Assembly (NCBI GenBank): GCA_041687695.1
Contig: JAWLBL010000013.1
Location: forward strand, 64,001-128,000
Direction: 5' to 3'
Length of the DNA: 64,000 nucleotides
From: Myxococcota bacterium
GTDB lineage: Bacteria > Myxococcota_A > UBA9042 > PHBI01 > JAWLBL01
The notes beneath the pieces are model-generated. The model did no database searches and was not told the origin of the DNA. It saw only the letters and a program-made list of their open reading frames with translations. This document shows, one piece after another, positions 48,815 through 59,777 of this stretch. Position numbers and translations under genes: made by a program. How positions within the stretch are numbered: position 1 is the first letter of the stretch; each line of letters starts with the position of its first letter.

Positions 48815-50631
48815 TGTCGGCCTGGCGCGTCCTGCTCGTCGTCCTGGGGTCGGTGCGGCGCAACAAGCGCTCGTTCATCCTGGCCAGCATCGGCCTGCTC
48901 GTCGGCGTCGCGACCTTCGTCTTCTTCGTCGCCCTGGGCGAGGGCATCCAGCAGGGCGTCCTCAACCGCATCTACCCGGTCAACCAGATCGAGGTCGAGC
49001 CGAAGACGGTCGGCGTGGTCGGCCTGCGCGAGCGCGTCGTCGACCCGCGCCGCCTCGGCCCCGAGATGGTGCGCGTCCTCGAGCGGCTGCCGGACGTGAC
49101 GAACGTGTACCCCAAGCTGCGCTCGAAGCTGCAGGCGCGGCTGTGGGGCGGCAAGTCGCTGTTCGGCTACGACGCGCGCACCGAGGCGTTCTTCGACGGG
49201 CTCGCCCCCGAGCTGCTCGCCGAGGAGCTGCAGGCCGTCGAGGGCGTGGCCGACAAGCGCGCCCGCGCCGAGCTGCGGCGCGCGGAGGCCTGCGTGCGCG
49301 ACGAGGAGTGCCCGCTGGGTCAGGAGTGCGCGGAGGGCGGGCGCTGCCGGCCCATCGAATACTGGCAGCGCTTTGTCGACCGCGGCCTGGTCGTGCCCTG
49401 CGAGGTCGAGGGGGCGACCGACCGGTGTCCCGCGGACGAGCGCTGCCTCGGGGGGCGGTGCCAGCGCCCGTGCGACGCGACGGGGGGCTGCGCCGAGGGC
49501 GAGCTCTGCGTGGCGGGCGCCTGCGCCGCGGGCTGCCGGGCCGACGCCGACTGCCCGACGGCCTTCGCCTGCGTGCAGGGGGCCGAGGGCGGCCGCTGCG
49601 AGCGCCTGACGTGCACCCTGGGCAACGCCCAGCTCCAGTTCTCCGAGCGGGTCGCCGACCTGCGCGGGAGGCTCCTCGGCCGCTGCGCCAACGCGGTCGC
49701 GCCGGGCGACCCGCTGTGCCAGCCGCTGCCCTGCCCGGGCGAGACCTACTGCGCCGCCCGCAGCGTGGTGAACCCGCAGGGCTGGTGCGAGCCGCCCATC
49801 CCGGTGGTCCTCAGCCCCTTCCTCATCGAGGTCTTCAACTCGTCGGTGGCCGCGTCCCTCGGCCTGCAGCCCATCGACGGCACCGACGCCCTGCTGGGCT
49901 TCCAGTTCCGCGTCCAGCTCGGCGAGAGCTACTTCACCCAGGGCATGCCCGAGGACGTGCAGCAGGTCAAACGCGCCGAGATCGTGGGCTTTTCGAACAA
50001 GGCGCTCGACTTCGGGCTGACCCTGCCCATCGGGTACGTGCGCGCCTTCAACGCCCGCTATCGCGGGCAGGAGGCGGCCCGCACCTACGACACCTTCATC
50101 CTCGAGACCGCCGGCAACGAGGACGTCAGCGGGCTCATCAGCGAGGTCGACGAGCGCGGCTTCACCCTGTCGCGCAAGAGCGAGGACGCGCGCAAGGCCG
50201 CCGATCTCCTGTTCATCCTGACGCTCGTCTTCACGTTCATCAGCCTGGTCATCATGGCCGTCGCGGCCGTGAACATCACCAACACCTTCCTGATGATGGT
50301 CACCGAGCGGCGCTACGAGATCGGCATCATGCGCGCCATCGGCGCCAGCCGCGCCGACATCCGCCGCCTCATCCTGGCCGAGGCCAGCCTGCTGGGCCTG
50401 TTCGGCGGGCTCTTCGGCGTGCTCGCCGCCTGGGGCTTCTCGCGCCTCGTCAACGCCGCCGCGGCGCGCATGCTGGCTGGGATCCCCTTCAAGCCCGACG
50501 ACTTCTTCGCCTTCGAGTGGCCGATGCTGCTCTTCGCGGTCCTGTTCGCCTGGATCTTCTGCCTCATCGGCGCCTTCCTGCCGGCCCGCCGCGCCGCGCG
50601 CCTCGACCCCGCGGTCGTGCTGACCTCGTGA
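48814..50631 (+). CDS. ABC transporter permease, MacB/FtsX/LolC type, with Cys-rich periplasmic insert
   Basis: N-terminal amphipathic helix + TM1, large periplasmic region, NITNTFLMMVTERRYEIGIMRAIGA, 3 more TMs, PARRAARLDP; 22 Cys between 49291 and 49788. Confidence 0.88.
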   Translation: MSAWRVLLVVLGSVRRNKRSFILASIGLLVGVATFVFFVALGEGIQQGVLNRIYPVNQIEVEPKTVGVVGLRERVVDPRRLGPEMVRVLERLPDVTNVYPKLRSKLQARLWGGKSLFGYDARTEAFFDGLAPELLAEELQAVEGVADKRARAELRRAEACVRDEECPLGQECAEGGRCRPIEYWQRFVDRGLVVPCEVEGATDRCPADERCLGGRCQRPCDATGGCAEGELCVAGACAAGCRADADCPTAFACVQGAEGGRCERLTCTLGNAQLQFSERVADLRGRLLGRCANAVAPGDPLCQPLPCPGETYCAARSVVNPQGWCEPPIPVVLSPFLIEVFNSSVAASLGLQPIDGTDALLGFQFRVQLGESYFTQGMPEDVQQVKRAEIVGFSNKALDFGLTLPIGYVRAFNARYRGQEAARTYDTFILETAGNEDVSGLISEVDERGFTLSRKSEDARKAADLLFILTLVFTFISLVIMAVAAVNITNTFLMMVTERRYEIGIMRAIGASRADIRRLILAEASLLGLFGGLFGVLAAWGFSRLVNAAAARMLAGIPFKPDDFFAFEWPMLLFAVLFAWIFCLIGAFLPARRAARLDPAVVLTS

Positions 50632-50780
50632 CCCGGCGCCCGTCGGTGTAGACCCCAGCGGGTCGGCAGGGTAGATAGGGGCGGCGGTACGCGGGGTCGG
50701 GTGCCGCGGCCGCGCGCGAGGTGGCGTCGCGGCCTCGCGTGCCAGCGCTTTGCCTCGTCATCCCCCCAGGGAGCCCGTCC

Positions 50781-51311
<531 letters not shown>

Positions 51312-51347
51312 CGGCGCCGCCCCGCGACGGCACGGGCGGCGCGCCTG

Positions 51348-51998
51348 ATGGAGCTGACCTTCAACGGACACGCCTGCGTGACGCTGCGCGGCGCGTCCGG
51401 TCCGGTCGTCGTCATGGACCCCTACCGATCGGGGGCGCTCGGCGGCCGCATCCGCCACCGGCCGTTGGTGGTGCCGGCCGACGTCGTCACCGTCTCGCAC
51501 TGGCACGTCGACCACAGCCACGTCACCGAGGCCCTCGGCGCCCCCGAGGTCGTCGCCCGCAGCGGCCGCGCCGCCGGCCTCGACTTCACCCTGCGCCCGA
51601 CCTACCACGACCGCGACGGCGGGGTGCGCATGGGCCTGACCAGCATGACGGCCTTCACCCTCGACGGCCTGCGCGTCGTCCACCTCGGCGACCTGGGCTG
51701 CGACCTCACCGCCGACGACGTCGCCGCCCTCGGCCCCGTCGACGTCCTGCTCTGGCCGGTCGGCGGCGTCTACACCGTCGGCCCCGAGGACGCGCCACGC
51801 CTCCTGGCCCAGCTCCGGCCGCGCCTGGCCATCCCGATGCACTACGAGAGCCACGGCTGCCAGCTCGGCCTCGCCCCGGTCGAGGCGCTCGCGCCCCACT
51901 GGTCCGGCGCGCACCGGCGCCCCGGCGTCAGCGCCTGGTCCAGCGCCGACGGCCTGCCCGACGAGACGACCGTGCTGGTGCTCGAGCCGGCGCTCTGA
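51348..51998 (+). CDS. MBL-fold metallo-hydrolase
   Basis: GHAC, MDPY, VTVSHWHVDHS, YHD, VHLGDLG, PVGGVYT, IPMHY. Confidence 0.88.
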   Translation: MELTFNGHACVTLRGASGPVVVMDPYRSGALGGRIRHRPLVVPADVVTVSHWHVDHSHVTEALGAPEVVARSGRAAGLDFTLRPTYHDRDGGVRMGLTSMTAFTLDGLRVVHLGDLGCDLTADDVAALGPVDVLLWPVGGVYTVGPEDAPRLLAQLRPRLAIPMHYESHGCQLGLAPVEALAPHWSGAHRRPGVSAWSSADGLPDETTVLVLEPAL

Positions 51999-52090
51999 AC
52001 CTCTCGTTCGCGCCGGCGGCGCCTGCCGCGCGGGGCGCGCTGCACGCGACGCAGTGGCCGCCAGCGTCGCGTCGATCGCAACGTCGGGGC

Positions 52091-52119
52091 TTGCCCCGAG
52101 GTACGTCGGGCGCTACCTT
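52091..52119 (+). promoter_or_regulatory. Candidate sigma70 promoter for the ABC-F leader
   Basis: TTGCCC-17 bp-TACCTT. Confidence 0.55.
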
Positions 52120-52146
52120 CGGCCGACATCACGGAGGACCCCACCC

Positions 52147-52158
52147 TTGAAGAACTGA
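52147..52158 (+). CDS. Candidate 3-codon regulatory uORF (M-K-N)
   Basis: TTG AAG AAC TGA with GGAGG SD (52133-52137) 9 nt upstream. Confidence 0.6.
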   Translation: MKN

Positions 52159-52221
52159 GCTCGCTGCCCCGGGAACGGCCGACGCGTTCGGCCCGCCATC
52201 TTCCCTGAACCGCAGGAGCTC
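52157..52221 (+). promoter_or_regulatory. Candidate translational attenuator hairpin sequestering the ABC-F SD
   Basis: gagctc-g-ctgc (52157-67) pairs with gcag-gagctc (52212-21) which contains AGGAG; inner stems gggaa/ttccc and ggccga/tcggcc. Confidence 0.6.
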
Positions 52222-52225
52222 CCTC

Positions 52226-53736
<1,511 letters not shown>

Positions 53737-53740
<4 letters not shown>

Positions 53741-54999
53741 AAGTTCAGGACCACGGCGCCGGTGCCGTTGTTCGCGAAGGGCGGCGGCCGCTCGTCGTCG
53801 CTCAGGGCGATGGCGGCCACGGTCCCGGCGCCGACGACGCCGACCACCGCGGTCCAGAACCACCACTTGCCCAGCACGCTGCCGCCGCCGCCGGCGGACG
53901 GGCCCGGGCCGGCCACCGCGCCCAGCGCCGCCGCGTAATCGAACTCGAGCAGCTGCGCCACGGCCTGCCGCACGGCCTCGCGGTTGCGGAAGCTCCAGTC
54001 GATCGGCACCGTGACCCGGTTGAGCAGCCGCTGGGAGGCCGTGTCGAACATTACCATGTCGACCTCCTTGGCCTCCTCGGGGCCGGTGACGCGCACGATC
54101 ACGCCGACCTCGCTGAACAGCAGCGAGCCGACCTGCCGCACGGCGTCGCCTCCCTTGGTGTTGCCGCTGCCGAGGGCGTCGAGCTCGCGGGCGAGGTCCG
54201 CCTCGAGCTGGTCGAGGACCAGCTTCTTGCGGGCGGCGGGCAGGTTGAGCTCGGAGCGGACCAGGCCGCGCGAGCTGATCGTGACCTGCGCGGTCAGGCG
54301 CTCGTAGCCGAGCTTCTCGACGGTCACGAGGTGCTGCCCTTCGCGCAGGCCCGCGACGGTGGTCGGGCTGATGCCGCGATAACGCCCGTCGACGTAGACC
54401 TCGGCGTACTCGGGCTCCGTGATGACCTCGACCGCGCCGAGCGGGCGCGCGTTCACCTTGGCCTGCGCGGCCTCCCAGGCGGCCTTGGCCTCGGCGGAGA
54501 GCTTGACGCCGCTGGCGTCGGCGCGGTGCAGGGCGGCGCGCTCGAAGGCCTGCGCCGCGCCGGCGGCGTCGCCGTTGGCCAGGCGCGCCGCGCCGAGCTG
54601 CAGCAGCGCCTTGTCGTACTGCTCGGGCTCGGGCAGCAGGGCGTAGGCGGTCTCCATCAGCCGGGCCGCGCTCTCGAACTGCAGCGAGGCCTCGTCGGGG
54701 TCCCCCGCCTCCAACGCGGCGCCGCCCGCGCGATAGAACGCCTGCGCCGTCTTGATGTTGTTGCGCGCCTCGACCTCGCCGCCGGCGTTGAGCACCGAGT
54801 CGATGTCCTTGACGGCGTAGCCGACGCTGTCGTCGATGGCCTCGACGATCTCGTGGACCAGCTCGGCGTGGGCGCGGGTGTCGCTGGACAGGTCGACGAC
54901 GGCGACCTCGCGGACGCTCTGCGAGCCCGGCGGTGCGGCGTGGGCGGTGAGGGCGAGGGGGAGGAGGAGCAGGGGGCTCACGAGCAGGAGCTTGTTCAT
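53737..54999 (-). CDS. PEGA-domain protein with TPR-like helices and C-terminal membrane anchor
   Basis: Signal peptide, helical repeats, VITEPEYAEVYVDG...G.H.V.VEKLGY PEGA motif, KWWFWT C-terminal segment. Confidence 0.82.
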
Positions 55000-55109
55000 C
55001 CGGGAGGCGTCCTGACTGACTCGGCGGGCGTTGCAAGGGCCTGGGCGGCCGGCGGCGGTCTCCTGGTCGTTGGACAGCGACCGCCGTTCGGATATCGTCT
55101 GGTGCGCGG

Positions 55110-55138
55110 ACCATAGCAGACGGTTTCGGCGGGCTCAA
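55110..55138 (-). promoter_or_regulatory. Candidate sigma70 promoter for the PEGA gene
   Basis: TTGAGC-17 bp-TATGGT with extended TG. Confidence 0.5.
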
Positions 55139-55273
55139 CGCGGGCCTGGACCGCCCCGGCGATCGCGACGACGCGGCCCGGCGCGCGCCCCCTACGGACG
55201 TCGCGTCGCCCCGACACGGGGCCGCGGGGCCGCCCGTCCCTTCCTCATCCTGGCGTCACACGAGGCACGCCCC

Positions 55274-55816
55274 ATGCGCGATTCCCGGCTCCTGACCCAT
55301 CATGGCGTCGCCCCGCGGCTCGGCGCGCGCGTGTTCGTCGCCGACACGGCGCGCGTCATCGGCGACGTCACCCTGGGCGACGGCTCGTCGGTCTGGTTCG
55401 GCTCGGTCCTGCGCGGCGACGTGCACCACATCCGGGTCGGCGCGCGCGTGAACATCCAGGACATGACCATGATCCACGTCACGTCCGGCCGCCACGCCAC
55501 GATCATCGAGGACGAGGTGACCATCGGCCATCGGGTGACGCTGCATGGCTGCACCGTGCGGCGGCGCGCCTTGATCGGGATGGGCGCCATCGTGCTGGAC
55601 AGGGCCGAGATCGGCGAGGAGGCCATGCTCGGGGCCGGGGCCCTGGTGACCCCGGGGACGGTCATTCCGCCCCGGACGTTGGCCGTGGGCTCGCCCGCTC
55701 GGGTCAAACGCGACCTGACCCCCGAGGAGGTCGCCCACCTCGCCGATAGTGCGCTGCATTATGAGCGCCTGGCGGCCACCTACCTGGACCTGAGCGACAT
55801 CGGAGGCCCCCTGTGA
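55274..55816 (+). CDS. Gamma-class carbonic anhydrase family protein (YrdA-like)
   Basis: VIGDV, VWFGSVLRGDV, NIQD...IH, TIGH...LHGC hexapeptide repeats with three Zn-binding His. Confidence 0.92.
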   Translation: MRDSRLLTHHGVAPRLGARVFVADTARVIGDVTLGDGSSVWFGSVLRGDVHHIRVGARVNIQDMTMIHVTSGRHATIIEDEVTIGHRVTLHGCTVRRRALIGMGAIVLDRAEIGEEAMLGAGALVTPGTVIPPRTLAVGSPARVKRDLTPEEVAHLADSALHYERLAATYLDLSDIGGPL

Positions 55817-56382
55817 TGTGCCTTCCCGGATCGCCCGCGTCGCGGCCGCAACGGACCGTCCGGCGCGCCGCGCTGCTGGCTGGGCTGCTGACGGCCTCGG
55901 CGCCCGCCACCGCCTTCGCCGAGGTGGGCTTCGACCTCGCCGTCGCCGGGGGCACGCTCATGCCCTGGGACGCCGCGGACGAGGCCGGCAACCTCTACGG
56001 CGTCTCGGCGGGGCTCGCGTTCGAGCAGCGCGTCCGCGTGGCGCTCGGCGTAGCGGGCGTGCTGCCCGACAGCCGCGCGCAGGCGCTCTTCGCCACCTGG
56101 TACCTCGAAGGCACCTGGTGGCCGCTCCGCGACCTCGCCGGCGTCGCCGGCCTCGCGCCCGCGGTGCTCGTCGGCCTCGGGCTCGCCACCGAGGACGACC
56201 TCGACCCCGACGGCAGCACCGTGCCGCCGCCGCGCTGGGTCGCCAGCGGCCCCGAGGTCGTCGGCATGCTGGGCGTCGGACTGACCTATGGCCCCCCCGA
56301 GGGGCTCTATCTGGCGTTCGACGTCCGGGCCTACAACACGACCCACGCCGGCCTCACGCTGACGGCCGGATACCGCTTCTAG
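55816..56382 (+). CDS. Small putative outer-membrane beta-barrel protein
   Basis: Signal peptide ending AFA, alternating hydrophobic beta pattern, C-terminal AGYRF. Confidence 0.6.
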   Translation: MCLPGSPASRPQRTVRRAALLAGLLTASAPATAFAEVGFDLAVAGGTLMPWDAADEAGNLYGVSAGLAFEQRVRVALGVAGVLPDSRAQALFATWYLEGTWWPLRDLAGVAGLAPAVLVGLGLATEDDLDPDGSTVPPPRWVASGPEVVGMLGVGLTYGPPEGLYLAFDVRAYNTTHAGLTLTAGYRF

Positions 56383-56780
56383 CGAGCCCCGCAGCCGCAA
56401 TCCGGCGCGTCGCCGCTGGCTGGTTTGCGGCTTCCGGCCCGCCGAAGTCTGGCCTGGCCGTCACTCCGCCGTATTGGATGGGGCACTCGCGCCTCGCCCG
56501 AGCGTCGGCGGGCGCTCGGTGTGTCGCAAACTGAGCCACATGGGTCCCACGGCCGATCGGGGAGGTCCGATCGGCGTCGGCCGTGTGTTGCAAGTTGAGA
56601 CGAGCTCCGCGAGCGCTGGGAAGTGTCAGCGCCTGGGGGAGGTTGTCTCGTAGTTACGCGTGGTTGTGGCGTGTCGGAGGACCGAGCGAGCGATCGGTCC
56701 TACATCGCGCGTGCACTGCGCTCGACTTCGCGCTAGATTGTGTAGCGCCCGTCCAGTGTCTCTGTTAGAAACAGTAGTTC

Positions 56781-59777
56781 ATGGGTCATGCTCGCGTGAA
56801 CATTACGCTCGTCAGAAGAGAGTCGGACACCGGCCTGCTGCTTTGGGCCGACGACGAGGCCGCGCTGCCGCGCCTGCTGCGCAGCGCCTTCTCGCGCGGA
56901 CGCTGGCTCGAGGGCGTCGACCTCGTCGCCCCCGGCAAGGACGGCAAGCCGGGCGTCGCCTCGGTCGACGGGTTCTGGCTCAGCGCCTCGCGCGCCGCCG
57001 CCGCGCTCGCGACCGTGCCGCTCGGTGAGCTGCGCGGGATGACTGCGTCGGTGTCGGTCTGGACGCTGGCGTCGAAGTGGGTCGTCGAGGCGATCGCCCG
57101 CCAGCAGCTGGTCTTCACGCTCGATCCGCAGACCGATCCCGGTCGCTGTCGGGCCCGCTGGCGGGTCGCGCCGGTGCGCCCCGAGGACCGCAGCCGCCTC
57201 GCCGGCCTCGCCGCCAGCCTGCCCGGCGTGGCGCGGGCCTGCCCGGTCGACCCCAAGAGGGACAAGGTCCTCGGCGCTGGCGCGGCGCTCCACGAGTTCA
57301 TGGACGCCGCGGTGGACGGCCTGCTACGCGCGTCGACGCCCGAGACGGCGGCGCTGCCCGGAGAGGGGCCGGCCTGGATCGGGCGCCTGGCGCGGGCGCT
57401 CAACGGCCCCGACGGAGAGGTCGTCCTGCAGGGGCTGGCCGAGCGGAATCTGCCCAGCGCCATCGGGCAGTGGGTCGGCCCGGCCGTCACGCTGTCGGGG
57501 ACCGGGCGGCCGGCGGTCGGCTTCCGGCTCGAAGAGCCGAAGTCCGGCGAGAGCGACTGGCGGGTCACCTTCCATCTGACCAGCGCTTCGGGCGATGTGC
57601 GGATACCCGTGTCCGAATTGAAGGCCGGTCGCACGGGCGCCAAGGAGGCTGCCGCGCGAATGTCGCGTCCCGAGGAGACGCTCCTCGAGGCGCTGGCGCG
57701 GTGCGTCCGGGTCTTCCCGCCCATCGAGCGGTGTCTGTCGGAGAAGCTGCCAGGGGAGGTCGTCGTCGATGCCGCCGAGGCCTGGCTCTTTCTGACCAAG
57801 GCCAGCATCCAGCTCGAGCGCGCCGGGTATTACGTCGAGGTGCCCGCCGCGCTCTCGAAGGTCGGGCGACGCCGGGTGCGCGCGAGAATGCGGTTGGGAG
57901 TGCAGCCCAAGCGCTCGAAGGACGCGGCCGCGGCGCCGAACGGGCGCTCGGGGCTGCTCGCGGGCCTCATCCAGTATCAGTGGGAGGCGAGCCTCGGCGA
58001 CGACGCGTTGACCCCCGAGGAGTTCCACAAGCTCGCCGCGTCCAAGGCCCCGCTCATCCTGCACCGTGGCCACTGGGTCGCGGTCGATCCCGACGACGTG
58101 CAGCGGCTCGAGGCCCTGATGAAGGAGGGCGGCGGCTCGCTCGAGGCGGCCGAGGCCCTGCGGCTGGCGTTGGCCGGGCAGGTGCCGGTGCCGGAGGCCG
58201 TCGAGGTGTCCGCGGACGTGGTGACCGACGGGGCCGTGACGCGCGCGCTCGAGGCGCTCAAGGAGGGCATCGAGGGCGAGCTGCCCGAGATGGACCCGCC
58301 CGAGGGGCTCAACGCCGAGCTCAGGCCCTATCAGCTGCGCGGCTTCCGCTGGCTGTATCAGGTCAATTCCACGGGGCTCGGCGCCTGCCTCGCGGACGAC
58401 ATGGGCCTGGGCAAGACGGTGCAGGTCCTGGCCGAGATGCAGCAGATTGCCAACGAGGGCGGTCCGGCGCGCTTCCTGGTGGTCTGCCCTACCAGCGTCA
58501 TCGGCAACTGGCGCCGCGAGATCCGGCGGTTCTGCCCGCAAATGACGGTCGTGGTGCATCACGGCCCGTCGCGCGCCGGCAGTCTCAAAGAGCTACACCG
58601 CAGGTTGGACGGCAAGGATCCCGAGAGCCCCGGGGTGCTCGTGACGAGTTACGCGCTCGCGCGAGGCGACCAGGATCTGCTCAAGGAGATCACGTTCGAC
58701 ATCGTCGTGCTCGACGAGGCCCAGAACATCAAGAACCCCGACACCGCGCAGAGCCAGGCGGTCCGAAGGCTCGCCGCGCGGCGGCGGGTGGCGCTGACGG
58801 GCACTCCGGTCGAGAATCGCCTGAGCGAGCTCTGGTCCATCATGGACTTCGTCAATCCCCGCCTGCTGGGGTCGCGCAACGCGTTCAAGAACACCTTCTC
58901 GGTGCCCATCGAGCGCTACGGGGACAAAGACGCGGCGGAGCTGCTGAGGAAGGTGACGGCGCCGTTCATTTTGAGACGCCTCAAGACCGACCCCGCCATC
59001 GTCCCCGAGCTGCCCGAGAAGTCCGAGAGCGTGCGCTTCTGCCCGCTCACCCTCGAGCAGGCGAGCCTGTACCAGGCGGCCATCGACCGGGGCATGCAGG
59101 AGATTCAGGGGCTGGCCCAGGGCATGCAGCGGCGCGGCCGCATCCTCAAGATGCTCACCGAGCTCAAGCAGATCTGCAACCACCCCGCGCAGTTCCTGCG
59201 GGATGGCAATATGAGCCCGCGGCGGTCGGGCAAATTGACACGCTTCGTCGAGCTGCTCGACGAGATCCTCGACAGCCAGGGCCACGCCCTGGTGTTCACG
59301 CAGTACCGTGAGATGGGCGAGATCCTGTCCGCGGTCATCACCGAGCGCTTCCGGATGCCCGCGCCGTTCTTGCACGGCGGGCTGTCGCGGAACGCGCGCG
59401 AGGAGATGGTCGCGGCCTTCCAGGAGCGGCACGGGCCGCCCGTGCTCGTGGTCTCGCTGCGCGCGGGCGGCACGGGCCTGAACCTGGTCCGCGCCAACCA
59501 CGTCTTCCACTACGACCGGTGGTGGAACCCGGCGGTCGAGGATCAGGCGACCGACCGCGCGTTCCGCATCGGTCAGACGCGCGACGTTACGGTTCACCGG
59601 ATGGTGTCGCAGGGCACGCTGGAGGAGCACATCCACCAGCTGCTCGAGGAGAAGCGACACCTGGCCGACAAAGTCATCGGGACGGGTGAGACATGGCTAT
59701 CGGAGCTCGACGACGAGACCCTTGGGCAGCTGGTGTCGCTGGGGCAGGACGCGGTCCTCGAGGAGGAGGAGCCGTGA
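56781..59777 (+). CDS. SNF2-family helicase-like ATPase (YwqA/HelZ-like, with DUF3670-like region)
   Basis: LRPYQLRG, LADDMGLGKT, LDEAQNIKN, LTGTPVENRL, LKQICNHP, GGTGLNL, DRWWNPAVEDQATDRAFRIGQ. Confidence 0.94.
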   Translation: MGHARVNITLVRRESDTGLLLWADDEAALPRLLRSAFSRGRWLEGVDLVAPGKDGKPGVASVDGFWLSASRAAAALATVPLGELRGMTASVSVWTLASKWVVEAIARQQLVFTLDPQTDPGRCRARWRVAPVRPEDRSRLAGLAASLPGVARACPVDPKRDKVLGAGAALHEFMDAAVDGLLRASTPETAALPGEGPAWIGRLARALNGPDGEVVLQGLAERNLPSAIGQWVGPAVTLSGTGRPAVGFRLEEPKSGESDWRVTFHLTSASGDVRIPVSELKAGRTGAKEAAARMSRPEETLLEALARCVRVFPPIERCLSEKLPGEVVVDAAEAWLFLTKASIQLERAGYYVEVPAALSKVGRRRVRARMRLGVQPKRSKDAAAAPNGRSGLLAGLIQYQWEASLGDDALTPEEFHKLAASKAPLILHRGHWVAVDPDDVQRLEALMKEGGGSLEAAEALRLALAGQVPVPEAVEVSADVVTDGAVTRALEALKEGIEGELPEMDPPEGLNAELRPYQLRGFRWLYQVNSTGLGACLADDMGLGKTVQVLAEMQQIANEGGPARFLVVCPTSVIGNWRREIRRFCPQMTVVVHHGPSRAGSLKELHRRLDGKDPESPGVLVTSYALARGDQDLLKEITFDIVVLDEAQNIKNPDTAQSQAVRRLAARRRVALTGTPVENRLSELWSIMDFVNPRLLGSRNAFKNTFSVPIERYGDKDAAELLRKVTAPFILRRLKTDPAIVPELPEKSESVRFCPLTLEQASLYQAAIDRGMQEIQGLAQGMQRRGRILKMLTELKQICNHPAQFLRDGNMSPRRSGKLTRFVELLDEILDSQGHALVFTQYREMGEILSAVITERFRMPAPFLHGGLSRNAREEMVAAFQERHGPPVLVVSLRAGGTGLNLVRANHVFHYDRWWNPAVEDQATDRAFRIGQTRDVTVHRMVSQGTLEEHIHQLLEEKRHLADKVIGTGETWLSELDDETLGQLVSLGQDAVLEEEEP

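Noticed and set aside
48107..50631. Calling the ABC pair lolD/lolC or ftsE/ftsX
   Set aside because: Family-level similarity only; context and the Cys-rich insert do not support a specific orthology
56383..56780. Known riboswitch, Myxococcus-type LexA box, or small CDS upstream of SNF2
   Set aside because: No consensus matched by eye and the short ORFs lack SD and typical codon bias
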